From NCBI GenBank assembly GCA_012295275.1, contig CM022667.1, positions 14,570,001 through 14,634,000 on the forward strand: 64,000 bases of DNA. The letters run 5' to 3'. The DNA comes from Chrysomallon squamiferum (taxonomy: Eukaryota > Animalia > Mollusca). The position numbers and the translations under genes are program-made. Below the pieces are notes generated by a model, which saw nothing but the letters and a program-made list of their open reading frames with translations, did no database searches and was not told where the DNA came from. Below are positions 1-12,836 of the stretch, one piece after another; within the stretch, counting starts at the first letter, position 1, and every line of letters begins with the position of its first letter.

Positions 1-37
<37 letters not shown>

Positions 38-75
38 TGTTGTTGTTGTTGTTGTTGTTATGGTGGTTGTGGTTT

Positions 76-328
76 TTATTATACCACAAAGTAAAATAAA
101 TAGAAAATAATATTCAGCTGAACTTTAAATAAACCAACAACGACATAAACATTTTAATAAATTAAATCTCATCAAATCAAATCGAATATTCAAAATAAAG
201 ACAATCATTTCGAAAGAATAAATATCCATAAATAACTTCTGAAGAAGAAGAAAAAAAAATAAATTACACAGCTTCACTTCTAAAAAAAGGTCAAGGAAAT
301 TTAAATGAATCAGCAAACCCCAAATCGA
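76..328 (+). repeat. Dispersed repeat or old duplication, copy A (partner at ~16071-16317)
   Basis: Shared collinear blocks with 16071-16317, e.g. TAAATAAACCAACAACGA, ATAAACATTT, AATAAATATCCATAAATA, CTTCTGAAGAA, GGTCAA.GAAATTTAAAT.AATCA; same orientation. Confidence 0.85.
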
Positions 329-1469
329 GGCGTCTTCTTTGATCAATGACATGCGCAGAAATAAATTACCCAGAAGGCAATGAAACGTGAACGTTACGAC
401 ATGGACGATAACAGATTAAATAAATAATCAAACAGACTGAAATGAAGAATGTCAGAAAACGCAAATTCGCTGTCAAATGCTTTACGCTAGAATAGCAAAA
501 ACCCGCAGTAAGATTTATTCCAACTTTTTGGCGTTTTTTTTTTTTAAATTTTTTTATTTGTGCCCCATTCCGCGTTCTCTGTGCGCACTCTGTTCCCGTC
601 TGGTACAAACACATCAGTAATGTTTTTTTTTCTAAATATTGTAACTTTTACAGAGATCACAAACTGTATCAATAAATGGACAGGATGGTGGTGTGTAGAA
701 AAGAACTATATAGTCAGGAATGTTCATCCTACCACTTTTTTTGTAAAAACAGAACCAAAGAAAAACACAAACATATCCCTCCCCCCAAAAAACAAAAATC
801 AATCAAACGAGCCACCCCTCAAAAGAAACACCCCACACCTATCATCATGCAGGAACAATACATATGGACACCAAGGAATATCGAACGTAATGACCAGCAT
901 GTTCCTAATTCAACTATGACCGATGAATCTTGCTGTATATATATATATATATATATATATATCATGTCAGATTCACAAATATAACCGACAATAAAGCGAT
1001 CATACCAATGGCAGTAAAGAAAAAGGAGATTCAATTTCAAAAAAATAAATTCTCAGCGTAATCGGTTCAGACCGCTTCGTCGTAAGACATAAACGAGTTA
1101 ACCAAACACTAGGTCATTATCAAAGAGACGTAACGCTCGTGAGTCAATTACGTGAATACAATTATTAATAATAATAATAATAATAATAGCCCGGGCTGCT
1201 GCTATTGCGTTGTAACGCTTCGCTGGGCCATAATGATGCCGATGTGTTCGCAAAGTGGCGAGCGTAATGTTACAGCTTTAACAAGGTTTTGTGTTGTCAC
1301 AGTATTATGAGCATTACGACGTGGTGCGGACATTGCAACGTCCTTGTTAACAAGTGGGTTAATAAGGGTTGTAACGCGTAACATGTCTGTCAGTCTGCTT
1401 GTCTCTCTCTCTCTCAGCCTCTGTGTGTCTCTCTCTCTGTCTATTTGTTTTTCTCTATTTGAATATATT

Positions 1470-1734
1470 TGTATGTATTTTGTATTTTATGTATGTGTGG
1501 ATGAATGTTTATTTGTATGTATTTTGAATTTTATGTATGTGTGGATGTATGTTTAATGTATATATGTATGTATGTATGTATATATGTATGTATGTATGTA
1601 TGGATGGATGTATTTATGTATGTATGTATGTATGTATCTATGGATGCATGTATGTATATATGGATGTGTGTATATGTATATATGGATAAATGTATCTATG
1701 TATGTATGTATGTATGTATGTATGTGTGTGTATG

Positions 1735-1765
<31 letters not shown>

Positions 1766-1781
1766 TTATTTATATGTATAT
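1470..1781. repeat. Degenerate (TATG)n/(TG)n microsatellite
   Basis: Directly visible; it generates the MYVC-type ORFs. Confidence 0.95.
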
Positions 1782-2297
1782 GCGACATTCGTAATAGAAT
1801 TATTACCACTACTACTACTAATAATAATAACAATAAGAAGAAGAAGAAAAAGAAACAGAAAGGCAATTCTTCCAGACAGTAAGACGAGTTTTATGTACAA
1901 TTAAAAAAAAAAAATTAATAATAATAATAAAAAAAAAATAAAATAATAAATAATAAAAAAAATAACACACACAAAAAGAACGAAAGAAAGAAGAACTGTT
2001 AAAAAAACATCTAGAATAAAGAAAACTGTTTTGATTGGCAATCACGATTTACATGTAGAATTAGAAACCCCTCGAGCCTTCTAGCTTCTCGTAGTTTCTA
2101 CATTTTTCGCCAATTATACGTGTTCCTCGTGTTTTTTGTCAAGAGAAATTATCTTCAGTATCAAAGTAAATTGCTTTATTGAGTCACAGAGGAAGGGCAG
2201 CGACAATGCTGCTTATTTAGAAGTCATCGAATCAAGCAATCCAGCTTCAAAGATCATCAGCGACAAATTATCGTAGATGGATGCACGCAATGCAGTT

Positions 2298-2435
2298 ATT
2301 TCCCCTCTCATCCCCTGCGTAACCCTAGACAACGTAAACGTTAACGTCAGGACAATGGACGGGTCTTGGAATTCATGAGATGATAACCCGGAATTATATA
2401 CATATTATAATTTTCTTTCCTTCAGTTGAACAGGG

Positions 2436-2472
<37 letters not shown>

Positions 2473-2499
2473 AAAATAAATAAATAAAAAGATTAAAAC

Positions 2500-2538
<39 letters not shown>

Positions 2539-2720
2539 AAAAAGAAAGAAAGAACGAAAGAATGGAAAGCAAGCATCAACAGCAATAAATACAGTCCTTT
2601 CCCATCCGCTACGTAACCCTAGGCAACAGAAATGTGATCATCAGGACAATGGATGCGCCTTTGATTATGTGAAAAGTTAACCCGGACTTTTGTATGCCAT
2701 TAATTTTATCCTTCATTAAA
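2298..2720 (+). repeat. Diverged direct duplication of a ~125-bp unit (2298-2428 and 2597-2720) separated by a long A-rich tract
   Basis: Shared blocks CGTAACCCTAG.CAAC, TCAGGACAATGGA, TAACCCGGA, TAATTTT...TCCTTCA in the same order. Confidence 0.85.
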
Positions 2721-3258
2721 AGCATTAATAGAAGAAAAAAAACCCCCAGAATTAAACAACAACCGCAAACCTAATCACAATCAAAACAAAGGAACAATAA
2801 GGGCAACAAACAGTAATAATTATTACCACCATATAAAATTACTTATAGAAGAAAAATAACAAGAAAAAGGAAATGAAGAGAAAAAAAACTAAGGAGAAAA
2901 GAAGAAAGGTGAAAAAAAAAAAAAAAGAACATAAAATAAAAAAATAAAAAATAAAAAAATGTCCTTGAGAAACTAAATATCAAAGCCGTGTGATTATAAT
3001 TACAGACCAATTACCAACTGAGCCATTTTCAGTGTTTCATCTTTTTTCTTCTCCTTTTTTTTTTTTTTATCTTCAGAAACTGAGAAAGGAAGATCACAAG
3101 AAATTAGAGATTGCGGAATAAATTTTAAAATAATTTATTTATGGAATTTATCATTCGTGATTGTGAGGAGCAGTTGCCAGAAAGAAGGTGAATGAAAAAG
3201 AAAGAAAGAGACAGAGAAACAGGGACAGAGAGAGAGAGAGACGAAGGTAGAAAGACAG

Positions 3259-3314
<56 letters not shown>

Positions 3315-4392
3315 TCAGATGAAGAAAGAGTGAGGGAAAAACTTCGAGAAAGAAAGATGGCGGCAGGGGGGGGTAATTATAATCGGAGAAATAATATAAA
3401 ACATTAGTCTTCTACATTTCTCTTTCATCCATATTATTAAACATTATTAATTCTTTTTAAAATAATCCAAATTTCTTCTACAGCTAGAACATTTCGTGTA
3501 CAAATGTAATAGTAATTATTTTTCCTGGAAATAACGTAAAGCAAAGTGTTTAAATATTTTTTCTGTGTCGTAGGCTATTTAGAAAAAAACAATGGTCCCT
3601 TTGGTATCTAATTTCGGGACATATTAAATAAAAGGGGAAGAGCCGGCTGAAAAATCTCCGCAATAATATCCGATATAAACACACCTTCGTGCCACTAATG
3701 GCTTTTAGTATGCCCAGAGATTAATTTGAAATGGAAAACAAACAAAAACGTATATTAAAAATCTATTTGACTATACCAGTCATAGACATCCAGTCTGCTG
3801 ACTTATCGCGAACTCGCGTAGAATCCCGCGAGAGTCTGAAGAATTCTCGTACACGACGAAAGTCGATGCTATCGCTGTATTAGCTAAAGCACACAATAAT
3901 TAGCCGCAAAGCATTTCTGCAAAATGAAAGGTTTTACAAACTGATGTCTCTTCGTTGTTCTGTTTGGAATGAAACGGTTTTCGTTTCACAGACAAGGATC
4001 TGCGAGGCGAGACTTTGTTTGCACGCGAGATAATTCTAGAACTAACATCCAAAGACGAAGCGCTCATAATATGACGATCACTTCGTCACCTTTCGGAGAC
4101 ATTCGGGATTAAACTGACGTCTGCTAATCCGCGCGAACGTCAGCGGATGAGAACGATGAACGTTTTAACAAGCTGACGTTAAAATACTTGACACTCGAGA
4201 TTACAATCAGGTTTAGCGGTGATAAATCTCACGGCCTTGGGAAAAGACGGGTGATGAAAATGCAGTCCGTCCATTTCTGGAAGTACATCTGTGAAATCCT
4301 TTCCATCTCGACTAATTATTAGTATGTACTTTAAAATTATAATTACGAGCATTCATAAATAAAATTTTAAATACATGTTGAGAGTCACATAT

Positions 4393-4447
<55 letters not shown>

Positions 4448-6433
4448 ATTAAGTAAACAAAAAAAAAAAAATAAAAAAAAAAAAAAAATAACGTACAAAA
4501 ATAGAGAAGCTAAAAAAATGAAAAATAATAAATTAAAAATAAAAATTACAACGCTCTCACTATCTGCTGATATAATAATCTACTGTAGCATGGCATCACA
4601 CATGTTTAAGAATAACAGCGGAGAAATAAGCAAGAAAGACATTTTTTACATGCACCTTCCCTTGGAACCAGCTGTGAAATGTGCTAACCACTTTCTTTGA
4701 TAAATCATGACTGGGCTTTGTTTGGGACGTGAGATATAACAAAGATAGTCGCTCAGGAGGTTTGATCCACCGTTCAATATCTCAGTAAAACATTATTTTC
4801 ACCTAGCGGTCCATTATTTAGATTCACGAAAAAAAAAAAAAAAAAAAAAGTTTTAAACCTTAAATAACTCATCAGCTGACAAGACAATCAACATATCAAA
4901 AAACTGAATAACTTCGTAAAATTGTCTGGTCACGAGAATCTAAAATGTTTCTCTTTCTTCTTCTCAGCATCAGATTAAGATTTCGTGAGACCCTAAGCTA
5001 CATAAATCTTAAAGATCCCTTATTTTAAAAAAAAATGTATTTGCCAGAATATTTTATACAGAAGTTTATGTAATTTATTTTCAGGCCTCTATGGATTTCG
5101 AAGATCTAAGATGCAGCTTGTTATTCGTCGTTGATTCGTCTTGTAATGAAATGCTGATAATGACAACGATAATGTTACGTAATGACAAAGGAAAGGAAAT
5201 GTAAATAAAATATACTAATAACATTTTATATTTGCTTTTTTTTTCCTCGTCTGTTTTCTTATTTAACTTTTTTTTACTTTCTTCCTTATTTTATATTTTT
5301 TATTTTTCTTTCAAGAAGATTGAATGTCACTTCTGCTTTCGTCCAATATAATTAACTAAATCACATCGGAACGACGCTAAAGTAATGCAATTATATTTCG
5401 AGCTTGATTAATATGATTATAATTATTTGAAAGCATATCTTTTATTTTTTTTTTATAAAAATTTTATATATTTTTTTTAATTTTATTTTTAACGATAACT
5501 CACTCGGTATGCTTTCAGAAAATAAAAATAGCTTTATTGCAGTCATGCTTAAAACGTAACGATATTACTTAATAATAATATGATCATTTTTCTCTTTCAT
5601 GTCGTACGTATGTAGTCGTTTTAAATGTCACAGGAGTTTTGTGCAGTACGTAACGGTTATCGTCTAGGAATTACGAAGGTTTTCAACCAAAAAAAAAACA
5701 CGTCATTTGAAGGTTTCCCAACATTTTCTCGCTAATCAAACAGACGTGTACACTGCACCAAGCGACATTCACAAATCATATTTTCATTTTAATATCTTTT
5801 TCTTTTGATAATCACTGATTATATGGGTTTGTGCGTTGTGGGGTCACTGAGGTATATCTGGTTTGATTAAAAAAAAAAGAAGAAAAAAGAAAATGAGTGA
5901 AAGAGAGAAAAATGCAATAAAGAAAAGAAAATTGAAAAAAAAAAAAAAAAAAAAAAAAAAAACGAAAGCAAGAAGAAAAGAAATAACAATGGTTCGGAAG
6001 ATGTGAAAGAGGATTTCAAATACAACTGCAGGTTATTATTAATAATTATAATAACATTTACTTATGTCATTAGGTTCGTTTTGTCTCGTTTACATTTAAA
6101 TAGCTTTAGAAAGGAAAATAAGTTCTTTATGTCGGATCCGTAGCTTCTGAGTTTAGCTTAGTTCATCTGGATAACTTGGAAAGTTTGAATGAAATAGATG
6201 TTAGATTCGACAGTAAATTCTGAATTGATTTTGATTGAAGAACATCGTCATAATAGTAAAAGTCTGTACAGAAGCGTACATTTAACTCAGATCAGTACAG
6301 TTTGCGATTAATATGTAAAATATATGATGATAGCTTTAAACAGTTGTTATAATAAATTCTAAATTGGTTTTGTGCTGTCCAGTGATGTAACACGTAATTA
6401 AAAAAAATTAGAAAAACAAAATGCTAAACTGTT

Positions 6434-6630
6434 AAACTGAATTATTAATTTATTTAACAGAAATATTAAATTATTAAATAGAAATATGAATTGATTATAA
6501 ATGTAGTATTACCGTCTTAAAACTGATATATTAATTTATTTAACAGAAATATTAAATTATTAAATGGAAATATTAATTTATTATAAATGTAGTATTATCT
6601 TCTTAAAACCGAAATATTAAATTATTAATT
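6434..6630. repeat. AT-rich tandem repeat, ~86-bp unit, ~2.3 copies
   Basis: AAACTGA/AAACCGA at 6434, 6520 and 6606; TATTAATTTATTTAACAGAAATATTAAATTATTAAAT and TTATAAATGTAGTATTA are repeated. Confidence 0.9.
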
Positions 6631-7621
6631 TGTTAAAGATGGTTCATTTATAAGTATAAACAGAAATATAAACAAATGTCAGAGATCTTTTGTTTCATGT
6701 GAAAAATGTTCTCTTTTCATTTTGTCCATTATTATTATTTATTTATTTTTCCTTTTGTGTTTGTTTGTTTTACAATCAGATGAAAGCTGTTTTAGCAAAC
6801 AAAATATTCGAACAGAAATGCTGAGTCATAACCACATGAACTTGTTCGTAAAGAAGTTAAAATGAACTTCATTGTTTGTAGTTTAGTAAAACGACTTGAC
6901 GATAACCGAAAGTGAGCAAGTGATAAAAAATAATAATAAAAATAAATATAATAAATTTAAAAAGTCTAAATAATAATAAAAAATAATAATATTAATAATA
7001 AAAAAAAAATTAAAAAAAAAATAATAAAATAGAATAATAATAATAATAATAATAAAGAATTCTAAAAAGGAAATTATACATGTCTGTCCATTGAATAATT
7101 CGATTACAGAAATAATTTTCATTTCATCGAGGGCAAGAACCTTGAAAACGTGCAAAAAAGTAGTGTGACAGTTAACAATGGCGACATGCAATAGCTTTTT
7201 GCAGAATATTGATACAATTAGCTAAGACTGTATCTTTACATCACTTGACGACAGTTCTTTTTTTAAACGTCCCAAAGAGAGATTTTTCTGCTTATATGTC
7301 AATATGTTATTTATTAAAAAGACTGGAGTAAGCTTAAGTTGTATTATTACTGCTAGGTAGTAGACAGAAGAAAACACTCTTATGAAATCGTCTACCAGTG
7401 GATTTCATCAATTCTAGTAACAGTTGAACATGGTGGATTGTGTGATCAAGAAAGAAGTGTTTTCCTACAACACGAAATCTCGCAAGTTTCGCCACGAATA
7501 ATTTATTACCATCTAATATATGAAATGTGTAAACTAAAGTTTTTTTGTTAATTTTTTCCTTAGATATATTTGGAATCTAACACATTTATATACCGAAATG
7601 TGTCATACACTGCCCAAACAA

Positions 7622-7722
7622 ACCATGCCATGCCACACCATACCATACCATACCATACCATACCATACCATACCATACCATACCATACCATACCATACAA
7701 TGCCATGCTATACCATACCATA
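7622..7722. repeat. (ACCAT)n pentanucleotide microsatellite
   Basis: Directly visible. Confidence 0.95.
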
Positions 7723-8099
7723 AATATCACACCACATGAATATATACCTGCCATGACGCATAACACAACATCAAACCACATCACACTGTATTGCACGAGA
7801 CAAACAAAATAATAACCATACAGATAGGTTGATATCATCCAGATGGACGTACACTTATCCTAATCAATTACTAACATACAAAAAGAATGTTTAATTTTAA
7901 TTTTAATTTGTGTTTTGAACAGAATGGCCCAAATACTGTAAACTAGGACATTCTCGTTGGCTTTGGTTCAAGTCGATGTATCGGCAAGGGTATTAGTAGC
8001 TAGCAATTACAGTCCTCAGATTTATTCAGTGCAGTAGTGATCCTCAGAATACACACAGTTTGAAATACATTTCCTTTCAGGAATGTCCTAAGTTAGCTT

Positions 8100-8490
8100 T
8101 TCACTACTATAATGATATTACTATTACTGTCAGAACTGCTGTTGCTGGTATTACTACTTACATAGCGATTATGAAAACTATTAGTATTACTATACAACTG
8201 CTATAACCACGACTACGAATATTATTACTTTCACTTTATTACTGATATAACTACAACGACTGCTATTAATAGTACAATACTACTCTTAATAGATTTGTAT
8301 CACTACTACCACTATTACTTTTACTTAACTACTACCTTTATTCCAACAACAACAACAACTATTACTATTACAACCACAGTAACATCAACAACTACTACTT
8401 AGACTATTAATGCAACATTTCCTACTAAAGCCATTATTACAACAACTACTGTTACAGGTATTACTACTACAACATCTTCGAGTACTAATA
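8100..8490. repeat. Highly degenerate (ACT/ATT/ACA)n trinucleotide low-complexity tract
   Basis: 3-bp periodicity with many substitutions. Confidence 0.8.
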
Positions 8491-9273
8491 TTGCAATTTC
8501 TCTGCAACTTTTTACAAACATTAACAAAGTCGCAATCGCAAACATACCCAGAGAATACAAATATCTCTGAATCTTTGCAGGAAGGCGGACATTGATTCTA
8601 GTACATATCAATAATACACACACAGACGTAACACAACTGATATTTAATCGAACTTCTTATTGTATTCGGTATCTGTTTTCCACCGATCAGCCCAGAGTAA
8701 TAATTTACATTAAAACGAAGAACAAACAAAGAGATTGAAAAGAAACCCTCTCTCATTAAACACAATTAGCAGACTAAGTCAATCTTGTTAACGTGCAGTC
8801 GTGGAGATGACAGAGGTTTCTCAGATCTGGGCACGATGACAAAATATCGGTAATCGTTTTGTTCCCATTTATTTTTCAATTTTCGAAACGTATGTAATTA
8901 TTGCGTGTGTGTATATATTTTGAATCTAAAACGTGAGTTGGTGTTAATTGTATGGTTTCTTGGATACGTAGAAATTAGAATGATTTCTGATGGATTATAA
9001 AAGTACAGTTGTTCATTGTTTTCAGATACATTTTTTTTTTTTTTTTATTTTTATTTTTTTATGAAACCAGGAATAAAATTAAATCATTTAATAAAAGTTT
9101 ATGTAGTTGCTGTTATATCTCTTCCATAGTTTTTCTTGTTCCTTCGTTTTCTCACTTTCTCTCAATCATTATATCTTTCCTTAGCATCTCTATCATTAAT
9201 TCTTTCATTCTGTCTTTCTTTATTTTTTCTGACTTTAATATTCTTTCTCTCTCTCTCTTTTTTATTAACCTTA

Positions 9274-9276
<3 letters not shown>

Positions 9277-9362
<86 letters not shown>
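9277..9362. repeat. (CT)n microsatellite
   Basis: Directly visible. Confidence 0.97.
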
Positions 9363-9365
<3 letters not shown>

Positions 9366-9652
9366 TTTTCTGTTTAAATAAACTTTTTTTTATATTATAC
9401 GTTTTTTTTATTGTGCCCCTGTTATCATTAAAATATAATAATGCAACCTGACAATTTACTATTCAAGTATAATTTATTTAAAAACGGTATCTGCACTCAG
9501 TGCCTCTTAAGGATAAAAATAAAATGGCTGATGGCACAAAACTATCCAGGAAATAGGACATATAAAATGAAGTCATTGAACTTTTCTGTTTAAGAAAAAA
9601 TCCACATCCTTCACATGATATCTTAATTTTTAAACTAAACTAAACAAAAAAA

Positions 9653-9660
9653 TGATGATG

Positions 9661-9722
<62 letters not shown>

Positions 9723-9735
9723 AAGAAGAAGAAGA
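9653..9735. repeat. Compound (GAT)(AAT)n(AAG)n microsatellite
   Basis: Directly visible; the same (AAT)n(AAG)n compound recurs at 31469-31564. Confidence 0.95.
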
Positions 9736-10346
9736 TTATTGTACAAATGTCTTAGCATGATGATAAATATGGAATTTTATAATTTAAAATTAATATATTT
9801 TCCTTGTCCTAATTGTTCCTATTAATATTGATGTTTCTTTCATTACACTTCATCTTTTGTTCTCTCTCTCATTATTTTTTTTTTTTTTTTTTTTTTTTAA
9901 CTTTTTTGAAATTACAGTATTTGTATATTTAACAGTTTTAATTTGGGTATATCCGGTAAGTGCACTTGCACTTAGAAGTGAAAAACAGATTGGTGTTTCG
10001 TGTTTCGACTAGGACGAAAAAAAAAAAAAAACGTCACGCCAAATGACGTTACGATGTTGACTGAAACCTTTCACTGTGATTTATTTATTTTTCTTTGCGC
10101 AAATACCTTACTAAATATGTTAAATAAATAAGGAAATGGTAGCGAAGAAAATCAATGAATAGATATTTTCTTCTTTTTTTTTTCATTTTCTTATTTATTT
10201 ATTTATTTTTTTTTTTTTTTTTTAAGAAATAAGATTCCTGTTACAGCAGATTATTTATCAGTGTCCGAGGGGAAAAAAAGAAACACGAAGAGAAGCATTC
10301 AGAGAAAAAGATTTATAAAAAGAAAGTGACACAGATTACGAAACAC

Positions 10347-10729
<383 letters not shown>

Positions 10730-10936
10730 CCTGCTTGTACTGAAGTCCCAAAGAGACACACGTAATGGCAAATCAAGCCGTAATTCACGCTGGCACTTAC
10801 GACAGTTTTTGTTGTAGTTCTTTGGAGTGTTACAAGACACGACCTAATTTCATTTGCACAAGAAGGCAAAAACAGAGACTGGGTTGTCCTTTATACACTA
10901 ATACTGTACACAATCACACACTGATATAGAATAAGA

Positions 10937-11055
10937 TATATGTGTATATGTATGCATATATGTATGTATTTATGTATGTCTGTACGTATGTATGTATGTA
11001 TGTATGTATGTATGTATGTATGTATGTATGTATGTATGTATGTATGTATGTATGT
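10937..11055. repeat. (TATG)n microsatellite
   Basis: Directly visible. Confidence 0.95.
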
Positions 11056-11773
11056 ATTATATTATATTTGTATGCACAGGATCAAATAAAGAACGCCTTA
11101 CTTGCGCTTTGGTTAATAGTTTTCGTTGTGACAATTTCATATTGACGTTTCATTCATAAAGGACTGATTAGATTTTCAAAGAAACTGAAGGATGTCATTG
11201 TTGCAGTCGTAGCCGCCATATTTTTATTTGTGGACATAACATTAGCACTAGTAATAATAGCAATAGAACGAGATATAGATTTTGTCTGATTTCTTTAGCA
11301 GAACAAGACTGCAAACAAATAATGGTTTTCTTGAATATGCATTTTTATATATATATATATATATGAATTTTTAAAGTTTATGTATGTGTATATATATATT
11401 CGTTTCTGTTGTTAAAGTAGTTCTAGTCGTGTTATTAGTAGAAGTAATAGTTACATATTTGTGGTGGCAGCAATAATAATAGAAATAGAAGAACTTGTGA
11501 TACTAACAGTAGTAGTTGCAGTAACAGTAGTCGTAATCATGATGGTAGTTTTAGGAGTAGTAGTTATAGCAGCAGCATTGACAACAGTAGCACTAGTACT
11601 AATAATAGCAGTAGGAGTACGGTAGTATAGCTAATTTCATTTGCAGAAGATGGTGAATCGTTATCGAGATTTTCATTAAGGTATTGAAATTTAAATATTT
11701 TAATTGAACCTATTCAGTTACTTTTGTTAAGAAATACAATTTATAAAACAACAATATACAAAGTAACGAAACA

Positions 11774-11808
<35 letters not shown>

Positions 11809-11852
11809 TAATTAAAAGGTAATAAAAGCAAAATTGAACAGAATATGAACAA

Positions 11853-11902
<50 letters not shown>

Positions 11903-12298
11903 TAATAATAATAACAATAATAAAATAAAATAAATAAATAAAATAAAAGTTATAGTGAGAAAAAGAAAAAGCTGCCAAATAGATATATGTCATGTAACAC
12001 ATTGTTTATATAAGATATAATTACCTAATCACGTCTACAAGTATAGGAGATTTCTGATATGATTCATATTTTGTTACAATATTTTTCACAATAATGAAAT
12101 AATTTATATCGATTTTTGAATATAATACTTAATCGAATGTTTAAAATTAGTTTCTTTGTTTTCTTATTTTTACAAACAGCCTGATATATCATAAAATACG
12201 ATGACCTAATTTCATTTACAGTAAAAAAAAAACTAAATTTAAATAAATAAACAAACATTCAAACAGACAAACACCATTAAAAACAACAAACGAACAGA

Positions 12299-12329
<31 letters not shown>

Positions 12330-12720
12330 AAAAAAAAAAAAAAAGAAAAAGAATAAATAAAAATAAAAAATAAAACCCCAACAACACCAATAACCAGAAA
12401 CACAATTAAATAAAAATATAAATTAATAAAATAACAGTAAGGGTTTATTAAGTTTACAACTTGCTTCTTCGTTGTCATTTTGCATGACATGATCCAGTTT
12501 GATTCGCTCTTTAATTATAATTATTTCCTTATTTATTTATTGTATTTATAATATAATCCGTATTATGTTTATCATTAGATTAAGTTATATAATTTAAAGG
12601 AAATTAAAATATCTGTGTTGTTTATATGTTTCAGTAAAATTCTTATTTATTTATAACATCAATGTGCAATAAGAAAACATTATATCCTAATATGATTTAG
12701 AAAAGCCCGGAACATCAGAC

Positions 12721-12836
<116 letters not shown>

